NCBI GenBank assembly: GCA_036172245.1
Contig: JAYWIR010000001.1
Span: 11,036,001 to 11,100,000 of the forward strand
Reading direction: 5' to 3'
DNA length: 64,000 nucleotides
Source of the DNA: Raillietiella orientalis
Taxonomy: Eukaryota
Positions 48,385 to 60,495 of this stretch are shown here, one piece after another. The position numbers and the translations under genes were made by a program. The stretch's first letter is position 1; each line of letters starts with the position of its first letter. The notes below the pieces were generated by a model. That model made no database searches. It worked only from the letters and a program-made list of their open reading frames with translations, and was not told where the DNA came from.

Positions 48385-50696
48385 ATGCTCGAGGCAGATG
48401 AAAATGACGGACAAGAACATTCGAATCATCAGCCCGATGGGAATGAACCCATACCAGAAAATGACAGTGAGGTCATTGAAACCACTGCAAATTTGCATAT
48501 ATCTAATGCAGAAGGCATAAATTTATCAGATATCCAAGACACTGAAAGTAAGGTAACCATATTTGTTACAGAAAACCCTCTTGAATTTTTCATGCCATAA
48601 TTGTGCCCTTTGTTTATGAAAATTTCATCTTCAATTTATGTCAGGTCCATGCATGTGAATGTTACACAAATGCTTTTTGCTTGTGGTGGACTTTTATCGA
48701 ATTGTGCTCACACAATGTTACAGCTTTATAAGTGAATTGGAAATATGAAAGTGGTCAATAATTTTATGCAAGTGCATGATTGATTTAAACCAATTCATAG
48801 ATGTTCAGATGTACAAATGTTCATGTATTCGTGAACAATCGAAAATTTCTAAACAATTGAAAATATGGTAGATTGCTCACCAGTGATTATTTGATTTTGA
48901 TTTAGAAACACTGGTTAATTTGAAGGCAAATTGGACTTGCTAAAATTAAAAGAAATTTAATTAGCTGTACTCAACTTATTGTATATTGTAGTAACAATTA
49001 TTTGCAAGCAGTGATGAAGAAATGACACAATTATTAATCATTATAGGAAGCCAATGATGCTGATGTTTTTTTTAACATGAGCTTGGATCATGCTGATCAT
49101 GTAAGATATCAGTGGGATTTCAATGAAAAGCAAGTGTTTGTGTTGAGTGAAGCTGGCAAACCAATCTATAGCAGGTGAATTGCTGCTTTTAAGAGATTGC
49201 ATACGTCCATTAAATTGATGCAGAAAATTGGTGCGATGTACTGAAGACCATCAATGTTTTTAGATTTGGAGATGATGAACAGAATGTTACCCTTTGTGGG
49301 GTTTTGCAAGCTTTAGTATCTTTTGTGAAAGATGAAGAAAATACAATCACTTCTATTATTGCCGGAGAACACCGATATGTCTTTTTGAAGGAAAGTTCAA
49401 TAATCTTAGTAGCTATTGGTTCATCTTGGGATGCAGAGAGTCGATTACTGCTTGAACTGAGGTATTTTGTTTGACCCTAAGTGATCCGATGTTTGTATGA
49501 TTCTCTTGTCATTATGAAATGTCTAAATCGTTCAAGTGTTTTTCTTTAGCTACATCCATTATCAGATATTGAGTATTTTGTCATCCACACAACTGATCAA
49601 GATTTTTCAAGAATATGGCAACTATGATTTGAGGCGTATGCTAAGAGGATCTGAACGTCTCTTGGGCTCACTTATCACTTACATGGAAGTAGAACCAGCA
49701 GTACTAATGGGCTGCTACCGTTGTTCACCTATCACTTCATCCATCCGTGATGGGATTGGTCAGATTCTGGTACAAACTTTCAGTAAAATCAAAGTGAGTA
49801 ATGAGGTTTTCCAAAGAATGGATAAGATGTTTGTTGCCAGCATATAGCTTTTGCCATTATATTAGCTGGAGATCACATTATCTCATTAGCAAGCATTAAA
49901 AAACTCCAGATGCATCATACAGATTTACATCTGATATGCAATTTGGTCTTAAATACTAATTCCTGGAATTATGCAGAGTATTGGATACCCATATGCCTTC
50001 CTATACTGGATTCAAGGTAATTTGTTGAAAATTGACGAACATTTTCTTTTTGTTTTTTTTTCAAAGTAACTTTCTATATGGGCACTTTTCTTCCCTGGCT
50101 GAAGATTGTCCAGCATGTCTAGCTTTATTAAGCACAAACAAGGATTCATTTTTTGTATTGTCTGAAGCCAAACGGTCTTTAACTGAGGTAGGAAATGATG
50201 CTGCCACAGAAGATTTCCTTGTTCGATTTCAGAAATTGAGACATCAGAATTATTTGGCAGCAATCAATGGTGCCCTCAAGGCTCCTCAGATAACAGTAGA
50301 TCAGCTTGGAACCTCAGATGTTCGACATTTCATGTATAAGTCCACATCTACCAAGCAGCTTATCAGTTGCCCATTGGGACCTCCATACAAGGATCAACGA
50401 ACTTTTTTTAATAGATATGCATTTCTAAGTGACCGATTACACCACAAATATCGCCCCTTGAAAACAATTTACATAACAACACATTTGGATATTTTACTAG
50501 TTTCGGTAACATCAAGCTTTTTCATGCTGTATGTGCGGACTGTATTTGTTTATAGACTGCGGAGGACTATGAGCTTTATATCACTCTGCAACCATTTGTT
50601 ACCAAGGAAAATATTACAGCTGCCATCCAGAAGGTTGCGAGATTAATTAGAAAAGAAGAAGATAAGTTATTTATCAAAAATTGGCCAACGTTTTGA
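48385..50696 (+). CDS. MON1: Vacuolar fusion protein MON1 homolog (Mon1-Ccz1 Rab7 GEF subunit), 8 exons, ~482 aa
   Basis: Exons 48385-48552, 49047-49174, 49264-49461, 49550-49793, 49841-50016, 50067-50187, 50233-50505, 50556-50696 (1449 nt, GT-AG, phases consistent). Motifs KQVFVLSEAGKPIYSRFG, GVLQALVSFV, NYDLRRMLRGSE, DLHLICNLV, EYWIPICLP, RHFMYKS, IRKEEDKLFI. AATAAA at 50701. The first exon is the least certain. Confidence 0.93.
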
Positions 50697-53479
50697 TGGA
50701 AATAAACATCTATGTGGAAAAATGTTTGCTTTCTTGATAAAAAAAAAAAAAATAAGATCCTTGTCCAAGCCAAAAGTTTTGGAAGTCCCCATCAAACGGG
50801 CATTAGTTTGCGGGACAACGTTTTCTAGCAAGTCATCCACGTAACTTATTCCAGCAAGTTAGTTGAATAAACTGTACGCACGATATTCGGCAGTTGGCAT
50901 GTTTTCAATCGTCCTGATTAAAAGCATGCCGATTTGGTTTATCAATTCATTCATCGCACTCGGCCCTTCTGCTGAATTCAAACCATGCACAGGAACGATC
51001 CGTAGATATTGGAAAGATTGATGCAAAAGAAAAAAACATATGATTACCGAAATCACATGGTTCAAGATTGACACTGTGTGAACCTTTGGCATTTTCAGTC
51101 TGGTTACATTTTTTTTTTTTTTTTCATATTTTTGTATACGATTAAATTACAGGAGTGATATATTTGTAGTACTGGTATCACGCGGTGGGTGCACAAATTG
51201 TGGTTCCTCCTTCCTGTCAAAAGCTGCAGAAACGGCATGACCGTGACGTCACGAAATTCCGGTCCAGCCCTGGGAACGGAGCTGGAAGACCAAAAACAGC
51301 TCTAATGACATAACTGCATGTGAACAGCAGAGCTTGAACAAAAAAAAAAAAAAATGAACCAGAGCATCGAGTGTGGTGAAATAACTTTCTTTTCATGTAT
51401 TCTGCTTCCCTGTTTTTTTCTTTTCTTTTTTTTTAAAGAAAAAAAAAAAAAAAAAAGAATCCTCTCAACTTGTGTACTTTTCCTGCTAAATTCTTTGCTA
51501 AAACGATTGTGCAAGGGACTGCAAATCCCTTGCATAATCGATGATTTCAAGAAGACATGTATTTGTACTGTAGTACACTCGTGCTTCCAGACCAAAGATA
51601 ATACGGATGTGATAGGCATCGTTGCAAGGGAGGGTAAAAGCAGTAAGAATATCTTCAGGCAATTCCACAGGAAAAAAAAAATCATCTTCGAATTCCCAAT
51701 CCACTCACGAATGTTTTAAATCTTCCGACTTTTCAAGCGATTTTATATTTGTCTCGAGGCTGGGGCCCCGTCTGGAGACAAACCGTTTCGAAATATGCTA
51801 ATCGCCCCCCCCCCCCTTTTCCCCCCTCCTTTCTCTCATTTACGGAGGGAATTCCATTTTCACAGGTATTGGCAGAGGGACAGCAAGAATAGGTCCTGCC
51901 GATCGGATCACAGCATCGCAATTTAGCAATACTAAAACACGGATGCAGAAACCAAGGGTTGCACTCAGCTTATGATTAGAAGGGTTTTCTCTCTCTCCAT
52001 CTTTTTACGAAAGGTTTGGGATGCGACTTGAATGGGGCAAAATTCGATTTCCGCCAATACTTTAAAATGTAAAAACATGAACTCTGCCTCATGTCCACGC
52101 CTCCTGTTACCATAACAACAAGCGCTTTGACGAACGATCAGACGACGGACCATTTCACCGCATGCTGTCAGATTGTAGTTGACAGGGACCTGCATTAAGT
52201 GCGGATAAAGCAGCACGAATCTTGGAGTAATTAATAATAATGATAACGCGAAAATGTTCTCTTCGACACCTGGAAAAACGACTGCAAACCGCTGTTGTTT
52301 GAGATTGGATGCTTTTCGCAAATCATTAGAGAATTACTGTTTCTACAAATGAGGATTCAAATTTTCATTTCAATGACAGTACTTCAGCAAAATACTGCAG
52401 AGTCTTGAGGACCACCGTTTCGTTCAAGACAAATGGCCTTTAGATGTAATAATATTCATGAAAGATACCTTTAATGCTACAGATATGACTGTTTCTTCTT
52501 CTGCTTCTTCTTCTTCTTGCAAATTTAAATCCAATCCGTATTTGATGTTGGTGCTGTTGCTTCTTGTCAACTTGCTCGTGACACATAGCAATCCTCAAAA
52601 GAACATATCAGATTTACCAAGGAAGATTTCGTGAAAACAAACTTTTCATCTTTCTTCTCGGAGAGCATCGAATAAAATATGGGTGAAGTCGATGATTTGT
52701 TGCTCTGCGTGATAACTGTGAAGCAACTGAGCTGTTTGCACTGGGAAGTCTGCAGCGGCACGTTATTCCGAACCCTTCTTCAGCCAACAGCATTATCTGA
52801 GCTGCCGGTCATCCGGTATCTATCTATGCATCGCAACTCAGACCACGTGCACTTTGTACCGCTTTGCAGTCGGGGAATCTGGATTTAATGCTTTAGGGAT
52901 TGGGGACGACAGACAGGCGACGCCCTAAATTAAATGAAGTGTCCAGTTCTCTAAAAATTTTGTGGTAGTGCTTAGTGGGGACCTAATTAAAACAAGTGAC
53001 TGATTAGTTTGAAGTAACAGGGAAGGAAACCGCAGCCTGGAATCACTGTTCAGAGAAGAACGCCGGTCACGTTTTTTATCACAAAGACAGCCAGAGGACG
53101 ACAACTGGTGCGCGTCTCAAGGGTCTCGAAAGGTGATGCAAAAGAACTCAAAAGAACGAAAAACGGAAAATGAACAGATAGTGAGTGGTTGATTGCATGG
53201 AAAATTCGTTCAGGAAGACATGGGGCATGGCAGTAAAAGTTGGCAGCAAAATCGTTTCCTAACGAGAAATGGCATCGGAAGATATCGAAAAGACCATAAA
53301 GCAAATGATGACCTTATTCTTCATAACGAAAAACCAGATATGGAAGGACGAAGAAAGATGAAGAGGAGAACACCCTTACGTATGGAAAACAGGAAAGGGA
53401 ATTTCAACTGGAAATGCGGTTTTTCATTCGATTTGTAATTGCTGATTGCTGCTACAAGTGCACAATGTGTCTTTTGAAA

Positions 53480-54260
53480 AATGGTCACCTTGGAGCTTCG
53501 CACAAGAGAGAAAAAAAAAAAGATCAGAACTGCAGCTGAGATTTTCATAGAGAACAACTGTCGAAGACACTTACGAAAGATCAGGCACCTTTCTGAATCG
53601 TTGGTAGATCTTGAAGCTGCCCTCTATAGACTGGGTCAGCCTACTGATGATAGCCAACAATTTATTAACAAAATGATTTTCCGGAGCTTAAAGGAAGGAT
53701 TGAAGGTCGTATACGTACGAAAAGCAGATTATCGATGAACCTTGTCCAGATTGATGCCTTCAGCTCTCAGAAAACTTCCGTGAACAAAAGTTTTTCCTCA
53801 AGAGAAATCCTGCGGTCGTTCACCATGTTTTAGAGACCGAGTTTTTGATGAAGGCGGAAATGGAAAATGCCAAGAGTGACGTTGAAGGGATGGACACTGT
53901 GCACCCCTCATCTTGGTCTGAGAGTCGTGCTAAAAAGTTATCTTTTTAATGAATGGAAGCTGTTTCATAAAAGAAACCCCGATTCAACAAATGCCATGAT
54001 ATGGAGAGCCAAATGAGCATCCATTAGGTCAGAAGACATCGGGAAGCAAGCAAGCAATCGAATTCATTCTGTACAACTGTTTCCAAAACGAAATGATCGC
54101 TTGGTACATGGTGAACCGCTTTAAATTTCACTGATACTTCCAGGCCAGCGTTTCCCAGTGGGAATGTGAGGCTGAGGTACTGAAATGCTGCTGAAGGGCT
54201 GAGAAAAAGTCTTAGGTTGCATTTTTGACTAACTGGCACTGCAAATCTTTTTTTCAAAAG
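53480..54260 (+). mobile_element. Decayed pogo/Tigger-like transposase remnant
   Basis: RKIRH..LVDLEAALY resembles the CENP-B-type HTH; VFDEGG/WKMPR (~53840-53880) resembles VFNxDETGLxWKxMP; VAFL..N (~54215) resembles FLPPNTT. Frameshifted. Confidence 0.45.
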
Positions 54261-55056
54261 AACGGGTAAATCTGAACTCTTAAATAGCAGCAAGCTACTG
54301 AAACTGAAGCGACATCATAGCCGAAGCACATGGAATGGTGGACTATGCTACTCAAATGGATAGCCGTTCCTGCGTCAGAAAATTCAATGTTTCTTTCCTC
54401 TCGAGAAAAAAAAGTCTGCCCTGCCGAGGTTCTGTTTTGGTACACGGCAGTGGGAGATGTTCCCCCAATGCCACTTTCTTTCTTTCCAGGTGAAGTCTGA
54501 CTGCATATTTCAAGAAAAGGGAAAAAGATTTGCTCCTCCTGACGGCTTCACTCAAGTAGAAGAAGGGATGTCGCAGGGTAGATGTCTCACTTACTGAAAC
54601 ATCCACCCCTATTCCTGCCCTACCCTCACTGAGAAGGGCTGGACAGGAAGGAGACCGTTCGATCGCACCCGCCTGGCCTCATGCAGTTCTGCCCGGTAGC
54701 TCACGAACTTTCCTCCCTCGTTAACGCTCTGCGTTCGCAATCCTTCCGCCTGCCATCCGCCGGCAGTTTTCCGAGGCAACCTAAGCCCTCGGAGACATCC
54801 TGACTCCCGGTCAACTCCCAGCATTCACTGGTCTGGATGTGTTGCGTCGAGCACCATGTTCCAGTGAGAGAGGAGCGTTTCTGGACTTCCAGTTTTTTCG
54901 TTGCCCTGCTTCTGGAATCTGACCTCACAGACACCCTTTCAGGGATCACATGTTTGCATCTGCATGTTTATGACGATCTGTTTGTTCATTCGCTTCCCCG
55001 GCGTTCAAATTTAAATGATGATTTGAGATTTCACAGAAGTCTGAGGCTGGTGGGTA

Positions 55057-55528
55057 CAGCAGACCCCGTATAACACGGGGGATATGTTCCACGTTTTGCG
55101 AGCATGGACAGCGTGGTATTCATTAAGGAGAAAAATGCATCTTAAACGTTATAGCAGCAGAGTATTTGTTCCGCTTTAGAGGAAAAGGAAAAAACAAAAG
55201 GTATTCTCTTATTATTTAACCCGAAATATTTGGATGTTTTGTTGATATTTAATCTACTTGAAGGATTTGTACAGTATCAGCCTTGTCGTTGAAAAACGTA
55301 TCTCTTTTTCGCATTGTTTTAGTCGAGAAAACTTGAAGGAAGTTGACTTCAGCCGACTTTATTTACGTGCTTGCGTTCCTTTTAAAGGCAGCTGAACTGG
55401 CGTTATACCACAAACTTGAGATTTATCCACAGCTACCAGCGGGCATGGGCTGATTTACCGCGTTGTACGAAGGATGCCGTCATTCCGCCTTCACGTTTTA
55501 TGAACCTGCAGTAGACAGGGGTCCGTTG
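55057..55528. mobile_element. pogo/Tigger-like MITE
   Basis: TA + CAGCAGACCCCGTATAACACGGGGGATATGTTCC at the left end, a degenerate inverted end ACAGGGGTCCGTTG at the right, and an AT-rich interior. Confidence 0.5.
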
Positions 55529-56379
55529 AAGTCTAGCGAGCAGCCTGACGAGCTTCAATGACTTCGGCCTCTCTTCCAGCCTCAAATGACTGAGAACGAA
55601 AACTGCGCCGCCTCATCCAATCTGCATCTGCCAACGAGAAGCAAGCAGTGGACCTTCTTCGCGAGAAGCGTTCGTAAAGAAGTTTACGGAAAAAATCCCG
55701 AGTTAGCCACGAGGTCCGATTACCGTCTGTCATTTAGCACTGACACCTGTTTTCTTACAACGGGTTACTGGAAAGCTGGAGAACGATTCGGGCCGTCAAC
55801 CCCTAACCACTGTGGACTGCTATCGGGGCGCTGGAATGGGAGGAAACAGTCAAGGGGTTTCAGGATTCGTTAGGGAAGGAGCGAGGTTGAGTTGCTATTC
55901 GATGACGCACCACTGAAGCGCAGGAAAACAACGGTGGAGCAACCGATCCGAAAGACACCGCGGCCCGTTGCAGCTCAAGGACCCCCAGCTGACCAACATC
56001 CGAAATGCGTCTGCCAAATTCAGCTGTTCGGATTTTCGAACGAAAAACCCGGTGGAACGAATTTCGCCTCGCAGCACGAGTTTTCGAGAGGGATACTTCG
56101 GGATTTCGAGGGCGAGAGAAAGTCCTGAAAATCCTGAAAAGGGAGCGAAACTCGCCTTCGCTAGCTCGATCTCCTGGAGTCACGAACTCCCGGAAATGGC
56201 GCCCGCGGACTCGTTCGCCTGCAACCTAAGAATTACGAAATTTCGTGACGTGTGCAATTCGAAGTTCGCGCCAGCACTTTTATGAAGTCGCATTGCTCCA
56301 GACTAGGAGAGACGGAAGCAAGAAAAAAGGAATAAAATGAAATGAAAATGTATTGACAGACATCTTGAATTTCTTTTCC

Positions 56380-56610
56380 GGAGAGAACCCGCAAAGGCGC
56401 CACCTCCCGGTTTCCTCCTCCGAAGAGGAACCCCCCGAAGAGAGGCTTCCCGATTTCTCTGGAGGACGTTTTTCGAAGGGAGCAGCGCGCTTCTTACACT
56501 CTGGAGATGCGACCCCCTGAGGGGGGTACCAAACAGCTCCACGGGTGCGGTTCCATCCTCCCCACCCGAGGGGAACCCAGAAGGGAACGGATTCCTTGAT
56601 TCCTGGAAGG
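56380..56610 (-). repeat. Body of the SINE-like repeat, inverted
   Basis: GGTTTCCTCCTCCGAAGAGGAACCCCCCGAAG..GCTTCCC is the reverse complement of 22375-22413; TTCCTTGATTC is the reverse complement of 44331-44341. Confidence 0.65.
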
Positions 56611-59552
56611 ATTCTCGGGAGAGTTCTTCCAGGGATCAAGGTCCGAATCGATGTTCGGACTGTGTGCCTGAGATGCCAATTGTACTAAGGAATGATCCTG
56701 ATTGCCTCCTGATTTGGCGGGAGGTTGACATTGGACTGTTCTCTGTGTTGTGCCTTTCGTTTCAAACATCGTCGTGAGGTTCAGCTAAGCCTCCAGTGCG
56801 GGCACTGCCTGTCAATTTCCCTGAGGAAAATCCCCTTTGATCTTGTCAGGTGCTTCAAGAGTTTGTCCGCAATCTTTCGAGATTCTCGAGTTCTTCCAGA
56901 GAGAAACCTGTTGAGATAGCCAGGGCGTTTTTACACAGTTCCTCTTTCGGGGATTCTTATTTTGGAAATTTTCATTCATAGAAATCTCCAGAACAAATTC
57001 CGTTTCATGCTCGGAATAAAGGCAGATCAGCATACCAGTTCTTTTAAGTAATTCGCATTGGTATCCAGGGATCCTCTCTCGTTACCAAAGCTATTACTCG
57101 TATTTCCACTGACGCGATGTCACTGAGGGAAGCGCTCTGGTCGCATCACTGGTGTCGCATCAGTGACATCGGAAATCCCAATGCATTCACTTCACTGGAG
57201 ATGATGCTCCGGTACGTCTGGCGCTGCAATTTTCTCACTCAGTGGGTGATTCAAGGCAGCCATTTTCGGGACAGGTCAGCATGGACACAGCTTTCAGAAC
57301 TCATACCTACAAACCCTGCGAGGACATTTCCTATTCCATGAGCTTCCTCCTCAGAGAAGGCTCATAGCAACCACACTCCCTCAAAAGTCACTGAAGATCT
57401 AGGAACAGCGTCCACATCTTCCATTGCAGTCCTGCTAATCTGTCTGCCTCTACAGGTCGCTTCCAACTCCCGTGACTGTCGGCTAAAATTTTCAGCAAGT
57501 TTCTTCCGACTCTGTCGTTTCCGCAAGTGTATGTGCACAACAAGACCCCAAAATATCAGTAAAAAAAAAAAAAATCCAACTTGAAGCTTGAGAATATTTC
57601 CACGCAAGCTCTCCAGGTGGTCGGGAATACATCCCTGAGTCTCCTTGACTCACCTGGCACAGGTCAGTCATTCCTGATTTACCTCGCCTGAAATAGCCTG
57701 TCTGGACAGCGCGTAGACATCCAAAGAGGGTTCGCCAAAGTAAATTGGAAACTGAAATCGTCAACATTTGATCTCTGTTTCTTTTTAAATTGCAAGCACT
57801 TGGTTCTGACCACCTTTAATGCCTTCTCCCTCTACTCCCAGAGTTGCTGCACTTGGGTTTCCTTGGCTCCCCAATGGAACTGCGGGATTGTTTCGCTGCA
57901 GTTCCCTCATTCTCGATAGCAGAGAAAGACCTAAAGAATCAAAAGCATCGATCCCCACATCAGCATATGCTTCTCAGAGGTATGGACTTCGGAAACTCAA
58001 ACACAGGAAAGGAGGAGAACGTTGACTTTCCTAGTCTTTAAAGCAAGGAGAAACCGGCAGGGGCAAGTTCGCAGACAAGCAGGAGACAGTCAGGTGATTC
58101 TCAGAAAGGTACACGAGTGATGGTTGGAATTCAACTAGCAGAGGATGTCATAGCTTGAGGCTGATTCTTAGTGCTGGATTGAATTTCGTGCTTCACTTTT
58201 CAAGTGAGGATCCAGATGAAGAGCTTGTGATAAGGAAGCATCTAGATAATGCATCTGCATTTTTACTTGGAGTGATGTTTGAGCTTGTAAGAATCTAGCG
58301 TTCCCAAAAAGCAAAGGAAATTCACCTCCTTGAAGGCTTAGCGCTCCTCTGCAGCCTCCGAGGAGATGAATGCTCATCCGGCAACTCTATTCTACCATCG
58401 GAAGCCGCAAGATTTCTTCGTCAGTATCCAAACTGAACCGGTGCTCTTATGTTGCTCGAGACGACAGAGATTTGAGCAGAAGAGAAGCATCCTCATCGCA
58501 AATGAAACTGGTCTTCGGGTTGGCCTGCAGGCTCACAAGAGTTCCCGCGTGGTAAGATCTTTCCAAGACAGACTCATACCTTCGAGCGGCGCTTAAGACG
58601 ATCGTTTCCGTTTGAAATACGGTCGGAGGGAGGAGTTCCGGTAGGGAGTTCGTTCCTTTGAATCTTGTCTTCAATCGAGCCATTGCACTCGTGTGCCGAG
58701 TCTTCTGTCGAATCAGTCGCTTTGAAAGGTCCACGGTAGCCATCCGTTCCGATGGCCGACGTGCCGACATCCTTGTAAAGCCCGTGTTTGCAGTATCAGC
58801 TCAGCAGTGGCTTCTTTCTCCATCCGTTCTCATCTCTGACTTGTTTACTGTAATGTTGAGACACACGAGAATAGGAAGAATTCCAGCCCTCCTCTTAAAG
58901 TAACTTGAAACTTCGAAAGGGAAGTATCGAAACCAGAATGAAAAGTCTCTCACTGCACCATCTCAGATTCTTTTTTTGCTAATACCATTCAAAACTGTGA
59001 AACTTACCAGCTCAGAAGTATAACGAAAAGTTCTCCTCTTTTAAAGAAGTAGAAAATCCCCCCCCCCCCCCTCTTTTTCTTTGCTCCGACTTTGCCCTCA
59101 GACTGTCCGGGGGCTGTCAAAGTAAGGAAACCCTGCAGGTATTGTCAGATCATTGGTAACCAGGCGACGGCAATAACGCGGAAGCTCACCAGAGAGTCCA
59201 AATCTTGCTTTGAGAAGACTCGAATGATCCCAGTATCGGTGGTGGGTGTCACGGAGGATGCCGAATGCAAAGCAGCTTCCCACTTGTTTGCATGGTGTGT
59301 GCGCTGATGAGCAGCGTGCGAGAGATGCACTCTCGTGCACTCTTTTAAAGCAGCATCACGAACATGTAGCACCAGCTGCGAAATCGGCAAGGCAGTCCAC
59401 ACGAGGAGTGGAGAACGAGGAAGGAATAAAAAAAAAAAAAAAAGGAATGCATGCGGTCTAGAACGAGTCGGAAAGCGCACAACCTGAAATCTAAAGGAAG
59501 GCGTGCGTGCCTTTGCCCTGTTTTCAGTATGATCCATGAGATCTGGCAATTG

Positions 59553-59583
<31 letters not shown>

Positions 59584-59605
59584 CCCCACACACACACATA
59601 CAGAC
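59553..59605. repeat. (GT)14-C7-(AC)n inverted microsatellite
   Basis: Read directly from the sequence. Confidence 0.9.
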
Positions 59606-60453
59606 TCCTTGCAAGTCCCCAGTCAAGATTACATGCAAATTTTAATAACGATGGGTCACAATTATTGCTTTCTCCTCTCTTGCTTTTTTTTTTTTTTTTT
59701 TTCAATAAATTTTTGTGAGGTACGTTTTTCTGCAGTTTGGTCGATCCTCACTATGCACATTTATCGTATTGTATACATTTGAGAAGTTCATAAATCACGC
59801 GTACAGGAGTGTCCCTTCCGAAGATATAACTAAGAATTAACTAAGAAGAATATGCAATTAAGGAGTTTTATAAAAATGAAAGACATCATGAAAGCGCGTT
59901 TGAATAATAACCGATTAGTTATGTATATCATACGATACGTGCTAATGACCATTTTCAATTGAATTAAATTAAACTCTCGTGCAATTTTATGCACGCAGTT
60001 AAGATACCACCAGCATTCGAGTTCGGTGGTTTCCCCTCCTGCTGATCTTGAATTCAGTTCTCCAGCACCTCGATCTACTATTCCACATTTTCTTCTAAAA
60101 ATAGGCACCTTTCAGCCTGGCTGAAGATTTACGGCCACCTTCATGATTCCGCGCCCAAGAGCCACCTCTACGAATTCAGTCTTTCAGGAGAAGCGTTCCA
60201 GGGATTGATGACTCGAGGATGCAATTTTCGTATTTCAGACTTTCAGACCGGGAAAACGGATTTTCCGACGTTTTGGGGACGCAGGGCGATTGTCGTTTGG
60301 CACCAAACCGAGAGGGGAAAGTTGGCACATTTCTGGGAACTGGGCATACCCGGAGGGATAATTTCGCAAAGCCGTCATACCATACCATTTAGCCAATGAT
60401 CCATCACCACCTTGTTACCCATGGCATCCAGGAACCTTTGGTCTCCTAAACAT

Positions 60454-60487
<34 letters not shown>

Positions 60488-60495
60488 ACATCATC
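60454..60495. repeat. (ATC)n microsatellite
   Basis: About 11 perfect ATC units, then interrupted units. Confidence 0.95.

Noticed and set aside
51480-51670. Possible hAT dimerisation-domain remnant (LATMPITS...FLKSS) on the minus strand
   Set aside because: Lacks the ERxFS core; too weak to call.
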